The position numbers were made by a program, and so were the translations under genes. A stretch of 27,966 nt of DNA from Erysipelotrichaceae bacterium (lineage in GTDB: Bacteria > Bacillota_I > Bacilli_A > Erysipelotrichales > Coprobacillaceae), in contig JAJQGQ010000103.1 in assembly GCA_021200395.1 (NCBI GenBank), positions 2,747-30,712 of the forward strand, given 5' to 3'. Below the pieces are notes generated by a model, which did no database searches, was not told the origin of the DNA, and saw only the letters and a program-made list of their open reading frames with translations. Shown here in pieces: positions 10,149 through 18,687 of this stretch. Position 1 is the first letter of the stretch. Every line of letters starts with the position of its first letter.

Positions 10149-11173
10149 TGAAAATAAGTGAATTTGATTATGATTTACCTGAAGAACTGATAGCACAAAC
10201 ACCTTTAGAAAAACGTGATGCTTCAAGACTTATGGTTGTGGATAGAGCTTCTCGAACTTACTCTGATAAGCATTTTGATGATATTTTAGATGAATTACAT
10301 CAAAGTGATATATTAGTAAGAAATAATACAAAAGTTATTCCTGCTAGATTATATGGATTAAAAGAAGAAACCAATGGTCATTGTGAAGTATTATTATTAA
10401 AAGATAAAGGTAATGATATATGGGAATGTTTGGTAGGTAATGCAAAAATCGTAAAATTGAATACGCTCATTACTTTTGGTGATGGTTCTTTAAAGGCTCA
10501 ATGTGTTGAAGTGAAAGATGAAGGTATTCGTTTATTTAAGATGATATATGATGGTATTTTCTATGAAATATTAGATAAGCTAGGCACCATGCCTTTACCA
10601 CCATATATTAAAGAAAAGCTAGAGGATAAAGATCGTTATCAAACTGTCTATGCAAAGGTTGAAGGTAGTGCAGCTGCTCCTACTGCTGGACTTCATTTTA
10701 CGGATGAAATTATCGAAAAGATAAAAGATAAAGGTGTAGAAATACTTGATATTACTTTACATGTGGGTTTAGGTACATTTAGACCTGTTAAAGTAGATGA
10801 TGTATTGGATCATCATATGCATAGTGAATATTATATGATTGATGAAGAAGTAGCTGATAAATTAAATCAAGCTAAAGAAAATCATCAACGTATTATTTCT
10901 GTTGGCACAACTTCTACAAGAACTTTAGAAGCTAATTATTCTAAATATGGAAAATTTCAAGCTACGCATGAAAATACCAATATCTTTATTTATCCAGGAT
11001 ATGAATTTAAAGCTATAGATGCTTTGATTACTAATTTCCATTTACCTAAATCAACTTTAATTATGTTAGTGAGTGCTTTTGCCGATAAGGAATTAATTAT
11101 GGAGGCTTATAATCACGCTGTTGAAGAGAAGTATCGTTTCTTTTCATTTGGTGATTGTATGATGATAAAATGA
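10148..11173 (+). CDS. queA: S-adenosylmethionine:tRNA ribosyltransferase-isomerase
   Basis: [80 protein letters not shown]. Confidence 0.97.
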
Positions 11174-11799
11174 GTGAAAATTATGATTTAAAGTTTCAAG
11201 AAGAATTAAAAAAAATAGAAGGTCAACAACCTACACTTTTATTACATGTATGTTGTGGACCTTGTTGTAGTAATGTTGTTAAGGAATTATGTGAAAAGTT
11301 TAAGATTACAATTTATTATTCTAATTCTAATATTTATCCAGAAGAGGAATACTATCGTAGACTTAATGAATTAAAGAGTTTTATTATAAAATTTAATGAA
11401 GATTATCATCAAAATATTGAAGTTATTGAAGATATATATACTCCTAAAGATTGGATTACAGATACTTATCCTTTAAAAGATATACCTGAAGGTGGTATGC
11501 GTTGTCGTTTGTGTTATATGTTAAGAATGCGTAGAGCTTTTGACTTTGCTAAAAAGAATAAGTTTGATTATTGGACAACTGTTTTAAGTGTATCACCACA
11601 TAAGAATAGTCAATGGATTAATCAAGCTGGAGAACAATGGTATACTGATACAACAAAGTTCCTGTATGCTGATTTTAAAAAACGTGATGGTTATTTAAAA
11701 TCAACACAAATGAGCAAGGAATACAATATGTATCGTCAAAACTATTGTGGATGCATGTATAGTTATCGTGATATGTTAGAACGTGAAGCTAAAAAATAG
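11170..11799 (+). CDS. queH: Epoxyqueuosine reductase (DUF208 family)
   Basis: [35 protein letters not shown]. The start at 11170 gives an ATGA overlap with queA. Confidence 0.93.
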   Translation: MSENYDLKFQEELKKIEGQQPTLLLHVCCGPCCSNVVKELCEKFKITIYYSNSNIYPEEEYYRRLNELKSFIIKFNEDYHQNIEVIEDIYTPKDWITDTYPLKDIPEGGMRCRLCYMLRMRRAFDFAKKNKFDYWTTVLSVSPHKNSQWINQAGEQWYTDTTKFLYADFKKRDGYLKSTQMSKEYNMYRQNYCGCMYSYRDMLEREAKK

Positions 11800-11823
11800 A
11801 TTCACGTTTTTTAGTTATTTTCA

Positions 11824-11871
11824 AGTTAACGATACCTAAATTGAATTTTTTTAATTTAGGTATCGTTAACT
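11824..11871. terminator. 19-bp perfect inverted repeat between convergent queH and carB (bidirectional terminator)
   Basis: AGTTAACGATACCTAAATT-N10-AATTTAGGTATCGTTAACT. Confidence 0.75.
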
Positions 11872-11907
11872 ACCATTTTTTCGTATTTTAAAAGGCAGCT
11901 GTGCTGC

Positions 11908-14900
11908 CTATTTAAGTTTTGTAATATCAATCAATGATACATCACCACTATGACGTTTTTCCAAACAGTTGATAAGTGCTTGAGCTGTATCTAATGATGT
12001 GTAGATTGGAATACCTGCTTCTACTGCAAATCTTCTAATCATAAATCCATCTTTTAAGTTATTATTTCTTGTAGGAATATCAATAACTAAATCTACAGTA
12101 TCTGTTAACATTAAATCAAATAATGTATTACTCTTAGCATCAATACGATTAACAATATGGACAGGTACACCATGAGCTTTTAAGAAATTATATGTACCTT
12201 GAGTAGCATATAAATCATAACCAAACATATAATATTGTTTAGCAATTGGTAAGAATTCTTCTTTAGATGAATCTTTAATAGTACAAATAATATTTTTACG
12301 TTTTGGTAAATTCACACCTGCACCCATAAACGCTTTATATATAGCTTCATCAAAGTCTTTAGAAATACCTAAAACTTCACCTGTTGATTTCATTTCAGGA
12401 CCCAAGCTAATTTCTGCCCCTGTAATCTTTTCAAATGAGAAGATTGGCATCTTAATCGCAATCGTTTCTTTTTCAGGTTGTAAACCATATTCATAACCTT
12501 GTTCCTTAATTGATTTCCCCATAATAACATGCGTAGCCACATCAACAACAGGTATATCTGTGACTTTAGAAATATATGGAATAGTACGTGAAGAACGTGG
12601 ATTAACTTCAATAACATATACTTGATCTTCATAAACAATAAATTGAATATTAATTAAACCAATAACATGTAAAGCTTTCGCAAGTCTTGCTGTATAATCA
12701 GCAATGACTTCTTTAATTTCAGGTTTTAACTTTTGGGTTGGATAAACTGAAATACTATCACCACTATGGACACCTGCACGTTCTACGTGTTCCATAACAC
12801 CTGGAATTAAAATACCATCCTCATCACATACAGCATCAACTTCAACTTCTTTACCAGCTAAATATTTATCAATCAAAATTGGATGCTCCTGATATTGACG
12901 ATTCACAATCTTCATAAACTTCTTAATATCACCATCATTTAAAGCAATCTCCATACCTGCTCCACCTAACACATAAGAAGGTCTTACTAATACTGGATAA
13001 CCAATTTCATTAGCAACCTGAATGGCTTCTTCCGTCGTAAATACTGTTGAACCTCGAGGTCTAGCAATATGGCATTTCTCTAAGATTTCATCAAATCTTT
13101 CTCTATCTTCAGCAGCATCTACATTATCTGCAGATGTTCCTAAAATTTGAACACCCATTTCCATTAATGCTTTTGTAAGTTTGATTGCTGTTTGTCCACC
13201 AAATTGAACAATAGCTCCATCTGGTTTTTCAATATCAACGATACTTTCAACATCTTCTGCAGTTAATGGTTCAAAATATAATCTATCTGCAATATCAAAG
13301 TCTGTAGATACTGTTTCAGGGTTGTTATTCACAATAATTGTATCATAACCAGCTTCTTTTAATGCCCATACACAATGAACTGAACAATAATCAAATTCAA
13401 TACCTTGACCAATACGAATAGGTCCTGAACCTAATACCATAATCTTTTTCTTTTTATCTTGTGGATCAACTTCGTTGTATCCACCATATACTGAATAATA
13501 GTAAGGTGTTGAAGCATCAAATTCTGCAGCACATGTATCAACTGTTTTAAATGCTGCAACAATGTTATTGTCTTTACGCATTTGATGAATTTCTTCAGTT
13601 GTTTTTCCCGTGTACTGGGCAATGACTAAATCAGGGAATTCTAAACGTTTCGCAGTTTTTAATAATTCAGGTGTTAAAGGTTCTGATTTGATACGATTTT
13701 CTACTTCTACTAAATGTTTGATTTTATCAATAAACCAAATGTCTATTTTGGTAATATCATGAATTTCTTCTTCACTAATACCTTTTCTTAAAGCTTCAGC
13801 TATCGCAAAGATACGATGATCATCAACATCTTTAAGTTTCTTTCTTAATTGATCATGATCTAAACAATCAATTTCTTTCAAATGCAAATCATAAACATTT
13901 TGTTCTAATGAACGAATAGCTTTCATTAAAGCTCCTTCAAAGTTATTACAAATACTCATAACTTCTCCAGTAGCTTTCATTTGTGTGCCTAATTCTCTAG
14001 AAGCCCCTACAAATTTATCAAATGGCCATTTTGGAATCTTACATACAATATAATCCAATGTTGGTTCATAAGAGGCATATGTTTTACCTGTAACGGCATT
14101 AACTATTTCATCTAATGTATAACCCAAGGCTATTTTAGCAGCTAATTTAGCAATTGGATAGCCTGTCGCTTTAGAAGCTAATGCAGAAGAACGAGAGACT
14201 CTTGGATTGACTTCAATAACAATATATTCGAAACTATCAGGATCCAATGCAAATTGAACATTGCATCCACCTTTAATATTCAAAGCTGTAATAATATTTA
14301 AGGCAGAACTTCTAAGCATCTGATATTCTTTATCACCCAATGTTTGTGAAGGTGCCACAACAATACTATCACCTGTATGCACACCTACAGGATCTAAGTT
14401 TTCCATATTACATACCGTAATACAGTTACCATGACTATCACGCATTACCTCATATTCGATTTCTTTCCATCCTGCGATGCATCTTTCTATCAAACATTGA
14501 GATACTCGTGATAATCTTAAACCATTACTACAAATATCATGGAGTTCCTTTTCATTATGAGCAATACCTCCACCAGTACCACCTAATGTATAAGCAGGTC
14601 TTACAACGACTGGATAACCTATTTCCGCTGCAAATTCCAAAGCATCATCTACATGATTAACAACAACAGATGCAGCCACTGGTTCATGAATGCGTTCCAT
14701 TAAATTTTTGAATTCTAATCTATCTTCAGCTAGTTTAATTGTATCAGTATTTGTTCCTATTGTTTCTACATCATGAGCTTTTAAAAATCCTTCATCTGCT
14801 AAAGCCATCGCAATATTTAAAGCATTTTGACCACCTAATGTAGGTAATATACTATCAGGCTTTTCAACTTCTATTAAATGTTTCACAACTGGTACTGTTA

Positions 14901-15105
14901 AAGGTTCAATATAAACTTTATCAGCAATATCTTTATCAGTCATAATTGTTGCTGGGTTAGAGTTAATTAATACAACTTCAACACCCTCTTCTTTTAAAGC
15001 ACGACAAGCTTGTGTTCCAGCATAATCAAATTCAGCTGCTTGTCCAATGATGATTGGTCCTGAACCAATAACCAATACTTTTTTGATATCTTCTCTTTTA
15101 GGCAT
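11908..15105 (-). CDS. carB: Carbamoyl-phosphate synthase large subunit (copy 1, in an operon with carA)
   Basis: MPKREDIKKVLVIGSGPIIIGQAAEFDYAG, two ATP-grasp halves (EVNPRVSRS, EVNPRSSRT) and a C-terminal MGS-like domain. Confidence 0.97.
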   Translation of the reverse strand: MPKREDIKKVLVIGSGPIIIGQAAEFDYAGTQACRALKEEGVEVVLINSNPATIMTDKDIADKVYIEPLTVPVVKHLIEVEKPDSILPTLGGQNALNIAMALADEGFLKAHDVETIGTNTDTIKLAEDRLEFKNLMERIHEPVAASVVVNHVDDALEFAAEIGYPVVVRPAYTLGGTGGGIAHNEKELHDICSNGLRLSRVSQCLIERCIAGWKEIEYEVMRDSHGNCITVCNMENLDPVGVHTGDSIVVAPSQTLGDKEYQMLRSSALNIITALNIKGGCNVQFALDPDSFEYIVIEVNPRVSRSSALASKATGYPIAKLAAKIALGYTLDEIVNAVTGKTYASYEPTLDYIVCKIPKWPFDKFVGASRELGTQMKATGEVMSICNNFEGALMKAIRSLEQNVYDLHLKEIDCLDHDQLRKKLKDVDDHRIFAIAEALRKGISEEEIHDITKIDIWFIDKIKHLVEVENRIKSEPLTPELLKTAKRLEFPDLVIAQYTGKTTEEIHQMRKDNNIVAAFKTVDTCAAEFDASTPYYYSVYGGYNEVDPQDKKKKIMVLGSGPIRIGQGIEFDYCSVHCVWALKEAGYDTIIVNNNPETVSTDFDIADRLYFEPLTAEDVESIVDIEKPDGAIVQFGGQTAIKLTKALMEMGVQILGTSADNVDAAEDRERFDEILEKCHIARPRGSTVFTTEEAIQVANEIGYPVLVRPSYVLGGAGMEIALNDGDIKKFMKIVNRQYQEHPILIDKYLAGKEVEVDAVCDEDGILIPGVMEHVERAGVHSGDSISVYPTQKLKPEIKEVIADYTARLAKALHVIGLINIQFIVYEDQVYVIEVNPRSSRTIPYISKVTDIPVVDVATHVIMGKSIKEQGYEYGLQPEKETIAIKMPIFSFEKITGAEISLGPEMKSTGEVLGISKDFDEAIYKAFMGAGVNLPKRKNIICTIKDSSKEEFLPIAKQYYMFGYDLYATQGTYNFLKAHGVPVHIVNRIDAKSNTLFDLMLTDTVDLVIDIPTRNNNLKDGFMIRRFAVEAGIPIYTSLDTAQALINCLEKRHSGDVSLIDITKLK

Positions 15106-16177
15106 TTGGATGACCTCCCATCATTTCAATAAATTCATCAAATAAGAAACCAGTATCCAAAGGCCCTGCACATGCTTCAGGATGGAATTGTACTGTTCTA
15201 ATATTTTCATTGATATATTCTAACCCTTCAATAGTTCCATCATTAACATTTTTAAACCAAGGTTTCGCAATACTTGAATCTATTTGATCTTCTACGACCA
15301 CAAAGTTATGATTTTGTGTAGATATGTAAACGGTATTTGTATTTAAATCTTTAACTGGGTGATTAGCTCCATGATGTCCATAAACCATCTTTTCCGTTTT
15401 AAAACCATGAGCCAAAGCCATTAATTGATGTCCTAAGCAAATTGCAAAAATTGGTTTCCCACTTCGCGCAAGTATTTGCATTTCATGGATAATATCTTCA
15501 CATTCTTCAGGATCTCCTGGCCCATTTGATAACATAATACCATCATAGTTTTCATTTAATATGACAGAAGCTTTTGTAAAAGCAGGATAAATTGTAACTG
15601 CACATCCTCTATTTGCTAATTCTTTTCCAATATTGTTTTTTGCTCCAAAATCATATAACGCAACTTTCAAATCACCATCACTTATTGTATAAGGTTTATC
15701 ACATGTTGTTTGTTCTACTACTCCAGTCACTTTAAAAGATTTAATACGTTCCATTACTTCATCTAAGCTATCATAATGTTTGGTTGTAATCATACCATTC
15801 ATACAACCATCAGTTCTAATAAGCTTAGTCAAATATCTTGTATCAATACCTTGAATACCTGGAATATCATGTTGTAATAAATATTCTTCTAAATCTAAAT
15901 TCTTTCTAAAATTACTACCTAAACGGGCTAGTTCATTTACTACAAAACCTTCTACATATGGTTTTCTAGATTCCTGATCTTCTAAACATACCCCATAATT
16001 TCCTATTAATGGATAAGTCATGACAACACTTTGACCTGCATATGAGGGATCTGTTAATACTTCTAAATAACCTGTCATAGATGTATTAAAAACAAATTCA
16101 CTCACAACTTCTTTTTCAGCTCCAAAATGTTCACCTTCAAAAACATGACCATCTTCTAAAATTAAATAAGCCTTCAT
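15098..16177 (-). CDS. carA: Carbamoyl-phosphate synthase small (glutaminase) subunit
   Basis: EFVFNTSMTGY, LSNGPGDP, catalytic ICLGHQ, QNHNF, QFHPEA; 8-nt overlap with carB. Confidence 0.97.
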   Translation of the reverse strand: MKAYLILEDGHVFEGEHFGAEKEVVSEFVFNTSMTGYLEVLTDPSYAGQSVVMTYPLIGNYGVCLEDQESRKPYVEGFVVNELARLGSNFRKNLDLEEYLLQHDIPGIQGIDTRYLTKLIRTDGCMNGMITTKHYDSLDEVMERIKSFKVTGVVEQTTCDKPYTISDGDLKVALYDFGAKNNIGKELANRGCAVTIYPAFTKASVILNENYDGIMLSNGPGDPEECEDIIHEMQILARSGKPIFAICLGHQLMALAHGFKTEKMVYGHHGANHPVKDLNTNTVYISTQNHNFVVVEDQIDSSIAKPWFKNVNDGTIEGLEYINENIRTVQFHPEACAGPLDTGFLFDEFIEMMGGHPNA

Positions 16178-16196
16178 AAGTGCCTCCTATACTCAT

Positions 16197-16225
16197 AAAA
16201 AAACATATCAAATTAAATGATATGT
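16197..16225 (-). terminator. Attenuator-type intrinsic terminator in the carA leader
   Basis: mRNA ACATATCA-TTTAATT-TGATATGT-TTTTTT lies between the promoter and the carA RBS. Confidence 0.75.
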
Positions 16226-16302
16226 CCCACCAAATATAAAAAATAAGAATAAAAAGTATTATTATCAATCATATGTTTTGATGTCATAGTCTTCGCTTTC
16301 AT
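16213..16302 (-). CDS. Putative 29-aa leader peptide of carA (MKAKTMTSKHMIDNNTFYSYFLYLVGHII)
   Basis: ATG at 16302 with AAGGGA 9 nt upstream (in-frame ATGs also at 16311 and 16320). The stop TAA lies in the terminator loop. Translation is unproven. Confidence 0.5.
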   Translation of the reverse strand: MKAKTMTSKHMIDNNTFYSYFLYLVGHII

Positions 16303-16332
16303 ACTTCTCATTCCCTTCATTTTCAAATATAT

Positions 16333-16361
16333 AGTATAGCCAAAACATTCTTATGATGCAA
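16333..16361 (-). promoter_or_regulatory. SigA promoter of the carA-carB operon
   Basis: Minus strand: TTGCAT (16361-16356), 17 bp, TATACT (16338-16333). Confidence 0.7.
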
Positions 16362-16405
16362 GAGTTTTTTATCAATTTTATTATTTTTTATCAAGGGATA
16401 TTTAT

Positions 16406-16595
16406 AAAAAAAATAATCGTCCTAAGCCTAGAAAACAATGGGCGATTATTTTCATTATAAGTCTTTGAAAGGAATGGTAACTTTCAGTATATTTATTGAA
16501 TTTGTGCTTATGCTCCATGCATCTGCAATATTGATAATAGTTTTTGCTGTTATATAAATGGAAACAAAATAACTTATATCAAAAACTTCCTTTCG
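16406..16595 (-). ncRNA. Putative ~190-nt sRNA paralogous to the type I antitoxin RNA
   Basis: Minus-strand TATAAT at 16607-16602 in a context like that at 17012-17030 (TTCCTTT...ATTATAC). Ends in a terminator (16408-16450) that is 40/43 identical to 16926-16968. The -35 TTGCAA is only 15 bp away, so the promoter is uncertain. Confidence 0.4.
16474..16557 (+). CDS. Possible 27-aa hydrophobic peptide (MVTFSIFIEFVLMLHASAILIIVFAVI), toxin-like
   Basis: N-terminus resembles the neighbouring toxin (MVT.....F..ML). The RBS is poorly spaced (AAAGGA directly before ATG); an in-frame upstream ATG lies at 16438. Confidence 0.3.
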   Translation: MVTFSIFIEFVLMLHASAILIIVFAVI

Positions 16596-16709
16596 AACTT
16601 AATTATACTCACTTCAAAGATTTTGCAATACTTTCATCAAATATATTTGCTTATATTTTCTATATATATTTATTTATAGCAATTTATTATTTAAAATAAT
16701 GCTAATACG

Positions 16710-16718
16710 TGATATAAT
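16710..16718 (+). promoter_or_regulatory. Extended -10 promoter of the type I toxin mRNA
   Basis: TGaTATAAT, about 117 nt upstream of the toxin ATG. Confidence 0.65.
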
Positions 16719-16835
16719 TGATTTAAGGGACTATCATAGGTGATAGGCGATTGTTCATCTTTGATCTATCAGCATAATTGCAGTGATGCTGATATGTAAT
16801 CTCATATGAGAAATACAAACTGCTTGAGGTGAACT

Positions 16836-16934
16836 ATGGTTACATATCCTGATTTATTTCAATTTATAATCATGTTATGTGAAATTGTTGCAGTAACGAT
16901 AGCCATAATTATTCTATCGCAAGATAAAAAATAA
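16836..16934 (+). CDS. Putative holin-like type I toxin, 32 aa (MVTYPDLFQFIIMLCEIVAVTIAIIILSQDKK)
   Basis: RBS GAGGTG 5 nt upstream; single TM helix with a C-terminal KK. The MVTYxDLFQF start is typical of Firmicute Hol_Tox-type peptides. Missing from the ORF track because of its size. Confidence 0.8.
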   Translation: MVTYPDLFQFIIMLCEIVAVTIAIIILSQDKK

Positions 16935-17017
16935 TCGCCCTAAGCCTAAGAAACAATGGGCGATTATTATAACTTTAATTTTCTATAAGAACAATCGCTT
17001 ATCGATAGTTCCTTTTC
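16926..17017 (-). ncRNA. Putative ~90-nt antisense antitoxin RNA, convergent with and overlapping the 3' part of the toxin mRNA
   Basis: Minus-strand TTGTAA (17051-17046), 16 bp, TATAAT (17029-17024). Terminator stem AATAATCGCCC/GGGCGATTATT with a U-tail on the minus strand only. Ends are approximate. Confidence 0.6.
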
Positions 17018-17079
17018 ACTTTTATTATACACATTTTATTTTTTTTTACAATCATTTTTAATAATCTTATTGCAAAAAG

Positions 17080-17643
17080 TTATTTTAATTTCAATCCGTC
17101 TTTAAATGCTTCTCCTACTCTTTCACTTACTTTATAGTAACCATGAGTATAAGGATCAAAAGCTATTGCTCCTACTTTAGAAATATCAACTTTGCCATCT
17201 TCTAAAATAGATTCATCTGCAGTTACATTTACAACTTTGCCTATAACACCACATCCATATGGGCCATCTTGATATTCTACATACTCACATTCCATACATA
17301 ATGGAAATTCCTTGATAATTGGGGCATCAACATTCCCTGATTTAACAGCAGTTAACCCACTTTTTTCAAACTTGTTTGGAGTATTATTGGCAGAAACAAC
17401 ACCAAAATAATCAGCTTCTACAACATGTGCAGCGTCGGCAATACTAACAGTAAAGGCTCTTCTTTCTTTCATATTCTTCACTGTTTTATGTGTTTCTGTC
17501 AAACTCAAAACTACATGATCTCTTGCTTGCATAGTACCCCATGCTGCATTCATAACATCCACACTACCATCTTCATTATAAGTAGCAATCATTAATACAG
17601 GCATTGGAAAAATTGCTTCAGTCACTTTTATATTTTTTCTCAT
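17080..17643 (-). CDS. Flavin reductase-like (FMN-binding split barrel) protein
   Basis: IFPMPVLMIATY, NAAWG, HKTVKN, FTVSIA, APIIKEFPLCMEC; RBS AGGAGG. Confidence 0.88.
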   Translation of the reverse strand: MRKNIKVTEAIFPMPVLMIATYNEDGSVDVMNAAWGTMQARDHVVLSLTETHKTVKNMKERRAFTVSIADAAHVVEADYFGVVSANNTPNKFEKSGLTAVKSGNVDAPIIKEFPLCMECEYVEYQDGPYGCGVIGKVVNVTADESILEDGKVDISKVGAIAFDPYTHGYYKVSERVGEAFKDGLKLK

Positions 17644-17703
17644 GTCATTTATCCTCCTTGTTTTATGACTAAAACCATGTTATCATTAAACCATATTAAA
17701 AAC

Positions 17704-17730
17704 AAGTACCCACTTTTATGTTAGGTACTT
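17704..17730. promoter_or_regulatory. Candidate operator between the divergent flavin reductase and HxlR genes
   Basis: AAGTACC-N13-GGTACTT inverted repeat just upstream of the regulator RBS. Confidence 0.45.
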
Positions 17731-17745
17731 ACTTGGAGGAAAGTA

Positions 17746-18075
17746 ATGAGTAAAACCATTGAAAATGCTAATTTTGAAGATACAGGATATAGCTATACAT
17801 TATCTCTTATATCTGGAAAATATAAGCCTATTATTCTTTATTGTTTGATGGAATATGAACCTGTTAGATTCAACGAAATGCAAAGATATTTAAAAAAGAT
17901 TTCGGATAAAACTTTAAGTCAAAATTTAAAAGAATTACAAGCAGACGACTTAATCGAACGTCATGTATATCCACAAATACCACCTAAAGTAGAATATTCT
18001 TTAACTGAAAGAGGCCATTCTTTAGTTAAAGTATTGGATCAATTATGTGAATGGGGTATTCAAAATAGAAAATAG
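17746..18075 (+). CDS. HxlR-family winged-helix transcriptional regulator
   Basis: LSLISGKYKPIIL, RFNEM, ISDKTLSQNLKEL, VYPQIPPKVEYSLT. Confidence 0.92.
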   Translation: MSKTIENANFEDTGYSYTLSLISGKYKPIILYCLMEYEPVRFNEMQRYLKKISDKTLSQNLKELQADDLIERHVYPQIPPKVEYSLTERGHSLVKVLDQLCEWGIQNRK

Positions 18076-18093
18076 CATCATTGATGCTATTTT
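18069..18093. terminator. Bidirectional terminator between hxlR and kptA
   Basis: AAAATAGCATCA-T-TGATGCTATTTT, overlapping both gene ends. Confidence 0.8.
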
Positions 18094-18623
18094 TTGATAA
18101 ATATTTCTTGTTTTATATATTGAACAGGAACTTGTTCAATGCACCACACACCATTATCTGAAACACCAAATTCATAACCATCTTGTACCATTTGATAAGC
18201 ATCAATCTCTAAAACAACAGGTGTTTTATGCCATCTTGTAGCTGATTGAATGGATTTATCCATAGTTGCTTGCATATGCACAGCATGTCTTTCCATCTTA
18301 CTAATATATCCTGTTTCTAATATAAGTTGATAAGCTTCATGCGTTGTACCATGATATAAAATATTTGGTGGATTTTTATAAGTGAGCTCAGGTATGACCC
18401 AAGGAATACTATGTCCTTGACAAGCTTTAATGAATAAGCCATCACTACTATATTTAAAACGTTGTTTATTATCAGTCGCCACGATTTGATCTAATTGAGA
18501 TTTTGTTAGAGAAAGCCTATCTAATAATTGATCTACTTTGACATAACCATGAATATCCATATCTAAATCTTCATCTTCAGGATGATGTCTTAATAAATAT
18601 GTTAAATAATGACCTTTACTCAT
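18087..18623 (-). CDS. kptA: RNA 2'-phosphotransferase (Tpt1/KptA)
   Basis: LLRHHP, KQRF, QGHS, LYHGT, MERHAVH and VLEIDA motifs. Confidence 0.92.
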   Translation of the reverse strand: MSKGHYLTYLLRHHPEDEDLDMDIHGYVKVDQLLDRLSLTKSQLDQIVATDNKQRFKYSSDGLFIKACQGHSIPWVIPELTYKNPPNILYHGTTHEAYQLILETGYISKMERHAVHMQATMDKSIQSATRWHKTPVVLEIDAYQMVQDGYEFGVSDNGVWCIEQVPVQYIKQEIFIKK

Positions 18624-18658
18624 TCTATCACCTTCTTGGATGTATCATAGCATAACAC

Positions 18659-18686
18659 AAAAAATACCACAAGTTGATGTGGTATT
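18659..18686 (-). terminator. Intrinsic terminator after the MFS gene
   Basis: Stem AATACCACA/TGTGGTATT with a 6-nt loop and a U-tail on the minus strand. Confidence 0.7.
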
Positions 18687-18687
18687 A

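Noticed and set aside
11824-11871. 19-bp inverted repeat as a REP or MITE
   Set aside because: No second copy was seen in the window, and its position between convergent genes fits a bidirectional terminator.
16215-16235. GGTGGGAC just before the carA leader terminator resembles the T-box GGTGGNAC core
   Set aside because: The following CRCG and the antiterminator pairing are absent, and the ~150-nt leader leaves no room for Stem I or a specifier loop.
16178-16340. PyrR or ANTAR control of the carA and carB2 leaders
   Set aside because: No AGUCCAGAGAGG-like PyrR hairpin and no paired ANTAR hexaloop hairpins were found in either leader by eye; an Rfam scan would confirm.
18390-18440. Tpt1 has KACQGHS rather than the usual RAxQGHS, suggesting inactivation
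   Set aside because: The main catalytic Arg-His, Arg and Arg motifs (LLRH, KQRF, MERH) and LYHGT are intact; the change is conservative.
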